From: Eledone cirrhosa
Taxonomy: Eukaryota
DNA: 64,000 nt
Reading direction: 5' to 3'
Assembly (NCBI GenBank): GCA_964016885.1
Contig: OZ024743.1
Span: 123,814,001-123,878,000 of the forward strand
This document shows positions 13,380 to 27,185 of this stretch, one piece after another; positions within the stretch are counted from its first letter, which is position 1, and each line of letters starts with the position of its first letter. Under the pieces are notes generated by a model, which saw nothing but the letters and a program-made list of their open reading frames with translations, had not been told where the DNA came from and did no database searches. Position numbers and translations under genes: made by a program.

Positions 13380-13570
13380 TTGGTGGATTAGCAGTATCGG
13401 TAGAGCGCCAGACGCCATGCTTTGACGCATTGAGTTATGGCCCTTGCCATTCTGAGTTCAAATCCCACCGAGGTTAACTTTGCCTTTCATCTTTACGGGG
13501 TCGATAAAATAAAGTACCAGTAATACACTGGGGTAATAGCTGGCCTTGTGCCAAAAGTACAAACAATTAT
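13380..13570 (+). mobile_element. tRNA-derived SINE, octopus-like family
   Basis: B box gagttcaaatccc; body tttgcctttcatc..ggggtcgataaaataaagtaccagt recurs at 26856, 26963 and 28365, and reversed at 18490, 27710 and 51555. Confidence 0.78.
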
Positions 13571-13899
13571 AGTAGTCGTGACATGTATACCACGGAAGCC
13601 AGGTGGTATGTATATCAGTGTAAAATGAACGTTTGCAACGAAGGAAAGATATCTAGAATAACGAATTCAAATAACTTTTCGTTTAGGTATTTTTCATATC
13701 AAAGTCAGCATTAAATGAGTTCAATATGCTCTCTTCCGCTTCAGTTACGATTTTCAACACCGTGGAAAATTAATACTTATAATATATATGTTGAATTACA
13801 TTCACACATACACAAACACCCAAACTCACTCAGACGCAAGCATATACACACATATCCACACACATACATACACATATACACATTATATCATATATGAGG

Positions 13900-14182
<283 letters not shown>

Positions 14183-14805
14183 ATATCTGATGATTTCTAA
14201 AGAATGAAACAGTTCTAGTCCTGTAGAATCTCATCTATATTAAAACTTTTATACTCTGCTATGTATTGAGTACCTTACTTACTGTGGTTACATTTGATGC
14301 TGACTCCTATTCTACAGCAACCTCAAATGCTAGAATTGGCAGTGCAATGGTTTGGCGGCCCTGAAAAGCCAAAATTCTTTCGGCAATGCATCTCAGCTTT
14401 TCAAATTTTTCTTGCTGTAGTTTTCTCAAAATTACTATATAGATGTAAAGCGCGGACACTATACAGAAATTACATTAACTCTCTAGACTCGTTTTACATG
14501 AGATATTTACATTGAAATCAGCTTTGCCTTTCTTCTTTCTGGGATGATAAATAGGGTATACATCTAAAGACGGCGAATTGGCGGGAATGTTACAACACCG
14601 GGTGGGATGTATAGCGGTATCTCTTTCGGCTATATACCTTCTAACTTCAAATTCCATTTATGTCGCCAGCAGAAAACGGTAGCAATTCTGTCAGAGGATG
14701 GGACATGCAGATTGTAACAGCAACGGGAAATATTAGTTGAAACATAGTTTCCTTACTCTGAATTGAACCGTCCGCCATCTTCTATCATCACTTTTTATGA
14801 ATTAG

Positions 14806-17800
14806 ATTTTATTAAGCTCTCATACATTTTATTAAGCTCTCATGTTATTAAACTCTCATACATTTTCTTAAGCTCTCATGTTATTAAACTCTCATACATT
14901 TTATTAAGCTCTCATGTTATTAAACTCTCATACATTTTATTAAGCTTTCATACATTTTATTAAGCTCTCATGTTATTAAACTCTCATACATTTTATTAAG
15001 CTTTCATACATTTTATTAAGCTCTCATGTTATTAAACTCTCATACATTTTATTAAGCTCTCATACATTTTATTAAGCTCTCATGTTATTAAACTCTCATA
15101 CATTTTATTAAGCTCTCATACATTTTATTAAGCTCTCATGTTATTAAACTCTCATACATTTTATTAAGCTCTCATACATTTTATTAAGCTCTCATGTTAT
15201 TAAACTCTCATACATTTTATTAAGCTCTCATACATTTTATTAAGCTCTCGTGTTATTAAGCTCTCATATATTTTATTAAGCTCTCATGTTATTAAACTCT
15301 CATACATTTTATTAAGCTCTCGTGTTATTAAACTCTCATACATTTTATTAAGCTCTCATGTTATTAAACTCTCATACATTTTATTAAGCTCTCATACATT
15401 TTATTAAGCTCTCATGTTATTAAACTCTCATATATTTTATTAAGCTCTCATGTTATTAAACTCTCATACATTTTATTAAGCTCTCATGTTATTAAACTCT
15501 CATACATTTTATTAAGCTCTCATACATTTTATTAAGCTCTCATGTTATTAAACTCTCATACATTTTATTAAGCTCTCATGTTATTAAACTCTCATACATT
15601 TTATTAAGCTCTCATGTTATTAAACTCTCATACATTTTATTAAGCTCTCATGTTATTAAACTCTCATACATTTTATTAAGCTCTCATACATTTTATTAAG
15701 CTCTCATGTTATTAAACTCTCATACATTTTATTAAGCTCTCATGTTATTAAGCTCTCATACATTTTATTAAGCTCTCATGTTATTAAACTCTCATACATT
15801 TTATTAAACTCTCATACATTTTATTAAGCTCTCATGTTATTAAACTCTCATACATTTTATTAAGCTCTCATGTTATTAAACTCTCATACATTTTATTAAT
15901 CTCTCATATATTTTATTAAGCTCTCATGTTATTAAACTCTCATACATTTTATTAAGCTCTCATGTTATTAAGCTCTCATACATTTTATTAAGCTCTCGTG
16001 TTATTAAACTCTCATACATTTTATTAAGCTCTCATATATTTTATTAAGCTCTCATGTTATTAAACTCTCATACATTTTATTAAGCTCTCATACATTTTAT
16101 TAAGCTCTCATGTTATTAAACTCTCATACATTTTATTAAGCTCTCATGTTATTAAGCTCTCATACATTTTATTAAGCTCTCATGTTATTAAACTCTCATA
16201 CATTTTATTAAGCTCTCATATATTTTATTAAGCTCTCATGTTATTAAACTCTCATACATTTTATTAAGCTCTCATACATTTTATTAAGCTCTCATGTTAT
16301 TAAACTCTCATACATTTTATTAAGCTCTCATGTTATTAAACTCTCATACATTTTATTAAGCTCTCATGTTATTAAACTCTCATACATTTTATTAAGCTCT
16401 CATATATTTTATTAAGCTCTCATGTTATTAAACTCTCATACATTTTATTAAGCGCTCATGTTATTAAGCTCTCATACATTTTATTAAGCTCTCATGTTAT
16501 TAAACTCTCATACATTTTATTAAGCTCTCATATATTTTATTAAGCTCTCGTGTTATTAAACTCTCATACATTTTATTAAGCTCTCATGTTATTAAACTCT
16601 CATACATTTTATTAAGCTCTCATACATTTTATTAAGCTCTCATGTTATTAAACTCTCATACATTTTATTAAGCTCTCATGTTATTAAACTCTCATACATT
16701 TTATTAAGCTCTCATGTTATTAAACTCTCATACATTTTATTAAGCTCTCATACATTTTATTAAACGCTCATGCTATTAAACTCTCATATATTTTATTAAG
16801 CTCTCATGTTATTAAGCTCTCATACATTTTATTAAGCTCTCATGTTATTAAACTCTCATACATTTTATTAAGCTCTCATGTTATTAAACTCTCATACATT
16901 TTATTAAGCTCTCATGTTATTAAACTCTCATACATTTTATTAAGCTCTCATGTTATTAAACTCTCATATATTTTATTAAGCTCTCATGTTATTAAACTCT
17001 CATACATTTTATTAAGCTCTCATGTTATTAAACTCTCATACATTTTATTAAGCTCTCATACATTTTATTAAGCTCTCATGTTATTAAACTCTCATATATT
17101 TTATTAAGCTCTCATGTTATTAAACTCTCATACATTTTATTAAGCTCTCATGTTATTAAACTCTCATACATTTTATTAAGCTCTCATGTTATTAAACTCT
17201 CATACATTTTATTAAGCTCTCATGTTATTAAACTCTCATACATTTTATTAAGCTCTCATGTTATTAAACTCTCATACATTTTATTAAGCTCTCATGCATT
17301 TTATTAAGCTCTCATGTTATTAAACTCTCATATATTTTATTAAGCTCTCATGTTATTAAACTCTCATACATTTTATTAAGCTCTCATGTTATTAAACTCT
17401 CATACATTTTATTAAGCTCTCATACATTTTATTAAGCTCTCATGTTATTAAACTCTCATATATTTTATTAAGCTCTCATGTTATTAAACTCTCATACATT
17501 TTATTAAGCTCTCATGTTATTAAACTCTCATACATTTTATTAAGCTCTCATACATTTTATTAAGCTCTCATGTTATTAAACTCTCATACATTTTATTAAG
17601 CTCTCATGTTATTAAACTCTCATACATTTTATTAAGCTCTCATGTTATTAAACTCTCATACATTTTATTAAGCTCTCATGTTATTAAACTCTCATACATT
17701 TTATTAAGCTCTCATGTTATTAAACTCTCATACATTTTATTAAGCTCTCATACATTTTATTAAGCTCTCATGTTATTAAACTCTCATACATTTTATTAAG

Positions 17801-18442
17801 CTCTCATGTTATTAAACTCTCATACATTTTATTAAGCTCTCATGTTATTAAACTCTCATACATTTTATTAAGCTCTCATGTTATTAAACTCTCATACATT
17901 TTATTAAGCTCTCATGTTATTAAACTCTCATACATTTTATTAAGCTCTCATGTTATTAAACTCTCATACATTTTATTAAGCTCTCATGTTATTAAACTCT
18001 CATACATTTTATTAAGCTCTCATGTTATTAAACTCTCATACATTTTATTAAGCTCTCATACATTTTATTAAGCTCTCATGTTATTAAACTCTCATACATT
18101 TTATTAAGCTCTCATGTTATTAAACTCTCATACATTTTATTAAGCTCTCATGTTATTAAACTCTCATACATTTTATTAAGCTCTCATGTTATTAAACTCT
18201 CATACATTTTATTAAGCTCTCATGTTATTAAACTCTCATACATTTTATTAAGCTCTCATGTTATTAAACTCTCATACATTTTATTAAGCTCTCATGTTAT
18301 TAAACTCTCATACATTTTATTAAGCTCTCATACATTTTATTAAGCTCTCATGTTATTAAACTCTCATACATTTTATTAAGCTCTCATGTTATTAAACTCT
18401 CATACATTTTATTAAGCTCTCATGTTATTAAGCTCTCATACA
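14806..18442. repeat. 3.6-kb minisatellite; 36-bp unit = TACATTTTATTAAGCTCTCA (20 bp) + TGTTATTAAACTCTCA (16 bp)
   Basis: Roughly 100 near-identical units with occasional extra 20-mers; no unique spacers. Confidence 0.97.
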
Positions 18443-18489
18443 ACGTCAACGATAGGCGAGTCCATCATCGGTGTGTATATATGTATATA

Positions 18490-18680
18490 TTATAATTGTT
18501 TTTACTTTTGGCACAAGGTCAGCAATTACCACAGTGCACTACTGGTACTTTATTTCATCGACTCCGTAAGGATGAAAGGCAAAGTTAATCTCGGCGGGTA
18601 TTGAACTCAGGCCGTAGAGGGACGTAACTCTATGCTGCAAAGCATGGCGTCCGACCCTCTACCGATACTGCCAATCCAGA
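18490..18680 (-). mobile_element. tRNA-derived SINE, octopus-like family
   Basis: Reverse-complement match to the 13380 family (actggtactttattt..aaggatgaaaggcaaagtt..ttgaactcag). Confidence 0.7.
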
Positions 18681-18820
18681 TACATTGTAATGAATGTCAT
18701 ATCTATCCGTCTGTATCACAATCGTTACAATATAACAAAATCGTTCTATGACTCTATTCATGGAATAAAACGGCGTTCTCTGGCAAAGGTATTATCAGTT
18801 TCTCTCTCTCTTCCTCACCG

Positions 18821-19222
<402 letters not shown>

Positions 19223-19770
19223 AGATATGTGTGTGTTGTGTTGTGTGTGTGTGTGTGTCTTCTTCACTGCCGTTTTCTCAAAGAGGGGAAAAGTCAACGC
19301 CCTTATCTTTTTATTTTTTCATGACTTCCGTGACTAGAGGAAGGAATTTATAGTCAAAGTGAAGACCAGGTTTGAATAATTTCAATAAAACACCATACTG
19401 ACATCCCGACTAGCCGTAAAATTAACCCTCCATATTTAGTTTATTTTATTTCGCTGTATCCTCTGGCAGACTCTGGTCATAACCAAATTCATCTCATTTA
19501 GAAATATTATTGAAAAAAATTTTTTTTTAATTCATTTCCGCATCTGACTCCATATATAGGTTGTCTTACGTTACAACCGTCTGTATGGATTGTTAAAGTG
19601 GATAGATTAAATTCAGATTGCTGAATTAAATTCTCATTCGAACTATTGAGACAGTTTAAGTTTGACCACCACGTTTACATGTTGTGAATAATAAATATCG
19701 AATAACATGTATCTGAGAAAGAGGCAGAGGAAGAAGAATTCATTATGTAAATAGATCTCCATTGAGTAAT

Positions 19771-20374
19771 TGTATGGCCCTTGAGTATGGCCATTGCACG
19801 ATATAACATTATTAATAATTATTAATTAATTCTATCGTGCAATGCCTGTGCGTGAAGAATTTTTTTAAGTGAGGAAAGACTTTGCACTGAGCCAATCCCA
19901 CTCTCTGAGCAACAGCAGCTGTAACCCGAAAAGAAGAAATGATCAACATCATCGACAACTACTGAGCCGCGGGTTTTATGTCGGAGTTATCTCAGTTTCC
20001 CGAGTTGCCGTCTCCTAGAAAAATGCCCTGATAAAGGCTAAGGGTCCTTCACTCCCAGTGGTTTAACTGCATGATCGGGTATCCAGCCCGATTATTTCTG
20101 TCCCCGCGCATATATATACATACGTATAATCTATATACATATATACACACATATACACATATGTATATACATATTTACACATTTTTGGATGGCCGTTGTC
20201 TCTTATGAGTTCTTCCGCCATTTGTCAAGTTTTGTTTTTTGTCCTGCAGGTGTCCAAAATCAACCTCCTCACCAAGTAAACTTAGCGGGGTTGTCGGTTT
20301 AATTGCCGACGACACGACCATGCGACAGGTTTTACTGGGTTATATGTTACCAGTAGCACTCAAGAGTGACCCGG
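19771..20374 (-). mobile_element. Non-autonomous retroposon, subfamily 2 (related to the 605-bp element), with internal CA/TA repeat
   Basis: Shares gcaatgcctgtg(c)cgtgaag, tcccactctct, tctcctaga and the terminal hairpin block with 20481..21087; second copy at 40891. Confidence 0.7.
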
Positions 20375-20480
20375 TATACATACATACATACATACATACA
20401 TACATACATACATACATACATACATACATACATACATACATACATACATACATACATACATACATACATACATACATACA

Positions 20481-21087
20481 TGGTGGCTGCCAACTCGCTT
20501 TCGAGTGCGGCCACTACTTTATATCCATGTAGGAGAACCCCTACCGATGCGCTGAACGAGTGGGACTTTTTAGTCCAGCCAGCGACTTGAAAACTCTGGT
20601 ACAAACACTATACTTGTGACAATTATTGACACATAGTGTTGGGCCAATGTACCATGTGACGACAAGTGCAGAGAGATCTCCAGATATAAAGCAATGCCTG
20701 TGCCGTGAAGCTTTTATAGTGAGCAAAGGCACTGCACAAAGCCAGTCCCACTCTCTTAACCAAGATGATATTTACCAAAAAGAAGAACATGTCAACACCA
20801 TTCGATACCATCAGAGTTGCAGGTGTTATATCAGAGTTTTCCTTCTCCTAGAATTCTGCCTTGACAAAGGCGAAGGGGTCATCTCTCCCGGTGATTTTGG
20901 ATGGCCATTAACTTTTAAGAGCTCCTTTGCCCTTTGACGGGTTTTGTTTTTAGTCCTGCAGGATGTCCAAAGTCACCCTCCTCACCAAGAAACCTTGGTG
21001 GGGTTGACAGTTTAGTCGCCAAAGACCCGACCATGAGACAGGTTGTACTGGGATACATGTTACCAGTAGCACCAACTGGTGACCTGA
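20481..21087 (-). mobile_element. ~605-bp non-coding non-autonomous retroposon (SINE-like), copy 1
   Basis: Near-identical to 21230 and 23779; no tRNA head; orientation inferred from truncations that always remove the GGTCACC end; (TGTA)n follows the 3' end. Confidence 0.8.
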
Positions 21088-21229
21088 CATACATACATAC
21101 ATACATACATACATACATACATACATACATACATGCATACATACATACATACATACATACATACATACATACATACATACATACATACATACATACATAC
21201 ATACATACATACATACATACATACTTACA

Positions 21230-21807
21230 TGGTGGCTGCCAACTCGTTTTCGAGTACGGCCACTACTTTATATCCATGTAGGAGAACTCCTACCGATTCG
21301 CTGAACGAATGTGACTTTTTAGTGCAGCCAGCGACTTGAAAACTCTGGTACAAACACTACACTTGTGACAATTATTGACACATAGTGCTAGGCCCATGGT
21401 ACCATGTGACGACAAGTGCAGAGAGATCTCCAGATACAAAGCAATGCCTGTGCCGTGAAGCTTTTATAGTGAGCAAAGGCACTGCACAAAGCCAGTCCCA
21501 CTCTCTTAACCAAGATGATATTTACCAAAAAGAAGAACAAGTCAACATCATTGGATACCATCAGAGTTGCAGGTGTTATATCAGAGTTTTCCTTCTCCTA
21601 GAATGCTGCCTTGACAAAGGCTAAGGGTCATCTCTCCCGGTGATTTTGGATGGCCATTGACTCTTAAGAGCTCCTTTGCCCTTTGACAGGTTTTGTTTTT
21701 AGTCCTGCAGGACGTCCAAAGTCACCCTCCTCACCAAGAAACCTTGGTGGGGTTGCCAGTTTAGTCGCCAACGACCCGACCATGAGACAGGTTGTACTGG
21801 GATACAT
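21230..21807 (-). mobile_element. 605-bp retroposon copy 2, about 30 bp 5'-truncated
   Basis: Breaks at gatacat, a microhomology with (TACA)n. Confidence 0.8.
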
Positions 21808-21881
21808 ACATACATACATACATACATACATACATACATACATACATACATACATACATACATACATACATACATACATAC

Positions 21882-22805
21882 ATAAATCTCTCACCCAGAG
21901 AAATCGGAAGATCCTATTCAATGTTCAAACAAGAAAAAAAAATTGACCAATTTACAGAGAAAGTTGTGCATGGATACTTGAGACGCAAAACACAGACCAT
22001 AGAGGGGATAAACCACTCAAAAAGCCTGGCATGGAGTTCCGACAAGTTTATGACATCACACCTTGAGGGATATCTCTATGCAATACAGGAACAAGAACTC
22101 CCTACCAAATATCTGCTGCACAAAAGAGGAGGGCCAGCAGCTGACAATAAATGTAGGCTATGTAAAACAAAGATCGAGGATGTAAGCCACATTGTTGCCA
22201 GCTGCGAAAGAATGTCATCTCGCTACTACCTCCCCATGAGACACGATGGGATAGCTAGAACTATCTGGAACGCACTTCGGAAAACAAAATTAACAACAAA
22301 CGAGGAAGAATATATTGAGACAGATGGCACTAAGGAATACTGGTGGAACCTGAAAATAAAAACTGCCACCAAATTAAAGCACAACCGGCCTGATATTGTA
22401 GTTTGGGACCACACATTGAAAACGTGTTCTGTTGTGGAGATCAGCTGCCCACTTGATGTAAACGTTGTCAGAAAAATACAGGAGAAGGAGGACATCTACG
22501 GACCATTGATGAGGAGCTTACAAATCCAGTATCCAAGATACACCTTTAGCTTCATACCCATCATTATTGGTGCTACGGGTTATATACCAACCCGCTTGGA
22601 CCAAAGTATGACCGAACTTGGATTTGCGGACAAAAAGCGCAGCTCCCTAATTCATAGTCTACAAATGGTTGCGATAGCTGGCACCTTCAAAATATGCAAA
22701 ACATTCTTGCGATTCAAGGGATGACAATTTCTTTTCTTTTACAACCTTGCCACCAGGAAGGTGGCCGGTCAAAAAAATATACTCGAAATTAAGAGAAAGA
22801 GAAAA
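21882..22805 (+). mobile_element. 5'-truncated R4/Dong-type RLE LINE (family 1): zinc knuckle, restriction-like endonuclease and 3' UTR
   Basis: CRLC..HIVASC, RHDGIA, HNRPDIVVWD..VEISCP..K..Y; stop at 22724; flanked by (TACA)n; near-identical to 42571..43492. Confidence 0.88.
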
Positions 22806-22830
22806 CATACATACATACATACATACATAT

Positions 22831-23186
22831 GTTAGTAACCGCCTCAACACAAATCTTGAGAAGCTAGGCTTCACAAGAACAGAAAGAACACAACTAGTTA
22901 GGAAATTACAAGTACAATCAGTAAAAAATATGTAAAACATTCCAAAAATGTTGCATCTAATAACTGCATATACACATGTGCAGATACAAAGCATATACAC
23001 ATCCACACATACGACTCAAAACATCCACATCCACACATACAATAACATCCATATCTACACATGCATGCATGCAGACATATCTACCTATTTGATGTTGTGT
23101 AAATTCCAATGAGAGAGTATTGTGTCTATGTTAGAAACCGACTCTCTCTATTGGTAAAAATTTGTGAAATTAAAAAACCAGAAGAA
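22831..23186 (+). mobile_element. 3' fragment of a second R4/Dong-type family
   Basis: LEKLGF..LVRKLQ..KICKTF-like C terminus; 3' UTR stem ccaatgagagagt..actctctctattgg; flanked by (TACA)n. Confidence 0.68.
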
Positions 23187-23228
23187 CATACATACATACA
23201 TACATACATACATACATACATACATACA

Positions 23229-23259
<31 letters not shown>

Positions 23260-23288
23260 GTACGTACGTACGTCATTCGTATATACAT

Positions 23289-23549
23289 AGGTTCAGTTTC
23301 ATACTTATCATTATTGGAGTTACAGGATATATACTAACCCAACTGGACCAAGTACACTTGGATTTGTGGAGAAAGAACGTGGCTCCTTAATTTATAAGCT
23401 ACAAATAGCTGCAATATCTGTAAAACAATCTTGCGATTCAAAGAATGAACGATTGCATAAAGAACGACAAAAAATTCTTTTTCATTGTAATCTTGTCACC
23501 AGGAAGGTGGCCGGTCAAAAATAAACTTTAAATAAAGTGAAAGAGAAGA

Positions 23550-23551
<2 letters not shown>
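23289..23551 (+). mobile_element. Diverged 3' fragment of R4/Dong family 1
   Basis: FSFILIIIGVTGYI; 3' UTR caccaggaaggtggccggtc; ends in (TACA)n. Confidence 0.75.
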
Positions 23552-23580
<29 letters not shown>

Positions 23581-23600
23581 CATACATACATACATACATG

Positions 23601-23740
23601 TACACATCCACACATACGACTCAAAACATCCACATCCACACATACAATAACATCCATATCTACACATGCATGCATGCAGACATATCACCAGGAAGGTGGC
23701 CGGTCAAAAAAATATACTCGAAATTAAGAGAAAGAGAAAA
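23601..23740 (+). mobile_element. Chimeric Dong family 2 / family 1 3'-UTR fragment
   Basis: 23601-23686 matches 22996-23080; 23686-23740 matches 22751-22805. Confidence 0.75.
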
Positions 23741-23778
23741 CATACATACATACATACATACATACATACATACATACA

Positions 23779-24386
23779 TGGTGGCTGCCAACTCGTTTTC
23801 GAGTACGGCTACTACTTTATATCCATGTAGGAGAACTCCTACCGATGCGCTGAACGAGTGTGACTTTTTAGTGCAGCCAGCGACTTGAAAACTCTGGTAC
23901 AAACACTACAGTTGTGACAATTATTGACACATAGTGCTGGGCCCATGGTACCATGTGACGACAAGTGCAGAGAGATCTCCAGATATAAAGCAATGCCTGT
24001 GCCGTGAAGATTTTATAGTGAGCAAAGGCACTGCAGAAAGCCAGTCCCACTCTCTTAACCAAGATGATATTTACCAAAAAGAAGAACATGTCAACATCAT
24101 TGGATACCATCAGAATTGCAGGTGTTATATCAGAGTTTTCCTTCTCCTAGAATTCTGCCTTGACAAAGGCTAAGGGGTCATCTCTCCCGGTGATTTTGGA
24201 TGGCCATTGACTCTTAAGAGCTCCATTGCCCTTTGACAGGTTTTGTTTTTAGTCCTGCAGGATGTCCAAAGTCACCCTCCTCACCAAGAAACCTTGGTGG
24301 GGTTGCCAGTTTAGTCGCCAACGACCCGACCATGAAACAGGTTGTACTGGGATACATGTTACCAGTAGCACCAACTGGTGACCTGA
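23779..24386 (-). mobile_element. 605-bp retroposon copy 3
   Basis: Near-identical to copy 1; (TACA)n on both sides. Confidence 0.8.
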
Positions 24387-24464
24387 CATACATACATACA
24401 TACATACATACATACATACATACATACATACATACATACATACATACATACATACATACATACA

Positions 24465-26854
24465 GTGAAAAATAAAATAGAGACGATGTTTGGTAACAGT
24501 AGAACCAAAGCTCTTCAATATAAGTTGATCACCCTCAAACAAGAATTGAGAGCTGTTAGCGAAAAACGCCGACGCCTGAAGACGGTAGATGAGAGAAAAA
24601 TGCTTAATAAAAGATTCAGACGAAACCAAACATTAGTCTATAGAGATATGAAGAACAAAATAATAAGTGTCACTGAGGCCCCATCCCAGAAAGACAGATT
24701 CCTTTCGGAGAAAAATATGGGGTGAAAAGAAGAATTTCAACCAAGATGCAGTGCGGCTAAAAGAAATCCGAAAGAACTATTGCTCCTACACTACAACAAA
24801 AACAATCGAAATAAGTGAGGGTACCCTTGAGACTGTGATAGGAAAACTGCAAGATAAGAAAACTCCAAGGAGAGACATTGATTGTCGGCTACTGGTACAA
24901 AAAACTGATATTCTATCGGAGGTATCTTACTGACCTCTACTAACAAGTTCTTAAGGGAGATACACTTATACCAGAATGGTTGACATTAGCACAAACGTTA
25001 CTGGTCGACCAAGAACAAAGACACCCACTTGGCAAAAAACTACCGACCCATTGCATGCCAGAACCTGATGTATAAGATGTATACAGCCTGCCTGAACCTA
25101 TTCCTCCAAGATCACTGTGAAAATAATATATCATCACAGATGAACAAGCAGCTGGAACGAAAGGGGTTTGGGGATGTGCTGAACAACTCCTAATCAACAA
25201 AACGCGGAGGTGCGACAACTTATGAGGAATATGGCTACAGTCTGGCTAGACTACAGGAAAGTTTTCGATTCTGTTCCTCACTCTTGGATGATAGAGGCCC
25301 TCCAACTTGCTAAAGTCCCAGACATTATTATCAGAGCCATAGAGAAGCTGTCTTCTTCTTGGGCTACTATCCTAAGGTTAAAGACAGAGAGGGAGGACTC
25401 TATTTTCACCGATAAAATAAAATATCGCAGGGGTTTATTTCAGGGAGACAGTCTCTCTGTGATATTATTCATCCTGTCATTAAACCCCTTGTCCTTTCTG
25501 CTCAAGAAATGTGAAGGATATATCATTGGCTCACAGGAGGACAGAAATACGAATCTAACCCATAATTTCTTTGTGGATGATCTGAAACTCTATGCCAAGA
25601 ACATGGGTGGCATGAAGAAAAATCTTGACCTGGTTACAACGTTCTCAAAGGGTATAGGAATGGAGTTTGGCCAAGATAAATGGTCATACATGACTGTAAA
25701 GCGGGGAAAAACAACAACCCAATCTAGCAACATTGTCATCAATGGCCTAACTGTTTCACCAATATCTGATGAGGACTGCTACAGATACCTGGGGATAGAT
25801 GAGAACATATCATATAATGGTATCTGTAATAAGGAACGCGTAACCAGAGAATACTACACCCGATCAAGAATGATTTGATCATCGGAACTCTCTGCGCAAA
25901 ACAGAACAGTGGCTCACAATGTGTTTGCTGTGCCTGTCCTAACACCAACGTTTGAAATACTCAATTGGACGATAGACGAAATCCGAGCAGTTGATGTTGG
26001 AACTCGAAAAATACTAAACAACACCGGAAACTTCCACATCAACAGTGACATAGACCGCCTTTACTTGAAACATAAGCAGGGAGGCAGAGGCCTAACATCA
26101 GTCCATACAGCATTTGAATGTCGCATCATATCCCTCCGACAACATCTACGAACCTCGAAGCGTAGGAGCCCGTCTCTCGAGCAAGTCTATCTGCATGAAA
26201 CAGATAAGATCATGGGAAGGAACTCCTCGACAGATATTCCCTGAGTGATAATCAAAACCTCACACCCAGGGAAGTCGCTCAGCAGTATCGCAGTGAATCC
26301 ATGGATGAAAAACTGCATGCTTATCGGCAAAAAATCATGCATGGATATGTTGTCAGCAAGCTCCAGAGTGAGAGTAATATAGATAAGGAAAGTAGTCTAT
26401 CTTGGACCAACAACCGCTATATTGCCTCCCACTTTGAAGGATACGCTTTTGCAATCCAGGAACAGGAGATTAGCACGAAATACCTGATTCACAAAAGAGA
26501 TAGGGATGCAGGCAAAACACCTAGATGTGATAACAAGCGCAGACTCTGCAGAACTAACATCGAAGATATCACCCATGTCATCAGCAGCTGTCCAAAGATA
26601 TCGCGGTACTATCTACCTATGAGACATGATGTAGTGGCCAAAACACTGTACAATGCAATCCGTAGAAAAGATAGCCCCGATAATAAACACATTAAAAGCT
26701 ACAGCAATGTGGAAGACATCCATGTACATAATATGAAAGAGTACTGGTAGAATGTTCCAGTAAAACCCCAATAAAATGCAGGCATAACAGACCAGATATT
26801 ATGATATGGGACAGGGAGAAGAAAACATGCACAGTAGTGGAAACTAGCTGCCCA
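24465..26854 (+). pseudogene. R4/Dong-type RT-RLE polyprotein, truncated at both ends, frameshifted
   Basis: YRPIAC, DYRKVFDSVPH, GLFQGDSLS, FFVDDLKLY, GGRGL, RHDVV, RPDIMIWD..VETSCP; starts directly after (TACA)n. Confidence 0.9.
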
Positions 26855-26855
26855 G

Positions 26856-27185
26856 GTTAGCTTTGCCTTTCATCCTTACGGGGTCGATAAAATAAAGTAC
26901 CAGTAATGTACTGGGGTAATTGCTGGCCTTGTGCCAAAAGTAGAAACAATTATTACATTAAAAGGGCGGTGGATTGGCAGAATCGGTAGGACGCCGGACA
27001 ACCTGCTTTGCGGCATAGAGTTACGGACATTTACGTTTTGAGTTCAAATCCCGCCGAGGTTAGTTTTACCTTTCATCCTTACGCGGTCGATAAAATAAAG
27101 TACCAGTCTGGGTTCAATTCAATCGACTTTCCTCTCCCCTTCAAATTGCTGCTGGCCTTGTGCCTAAAATAGAAACAATTATTAC
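26856..27185 (+). mobile_element. Two tandem octopus-like SINEs (partial 26856-26955; fuller 26963-27185)
   Basis: Match to the 13380 family; tggcagaatcggtagg A-box-like and gagttcaaatccc B box. Confidence 0.78.

Larger units (their letters stand above)
20375..24464. repeat. (TACA)n tract broken into about nine blocks by stacked retroelement insertions
   Basis: Pure (TACA)n between inserts, e.g. 20375-20480, 21088-21229, 21808-21881, 24387-24464. Confidence 0.93.

Noticed and set aside
14276-14365. Minus-strand exon (TTTCAG..CA|GTAAGT)
   Set aside because: Stops in all three frames; a non-coding exon cannot be supported from sequence alone
14806-18442. 36-bp periodic array as a CRISPR array
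   Set aside because: No unique spacers, no cas genes, eukaryotic context
21792-22724. 310-aa ORF as an intact standalone nuclease gene
   Set aside because: N terminus is read-through of a retroposon end and (TACA)n; the rest is a truncated LINE fragment
24290-24386. HDV-like or twister ribozyme at the retroposon 5' end
   Set aside because: P1/P3/P1.1 topology could not be fitted, and subfamily covariation favours simple hairpins; kept only as an unclassified structure
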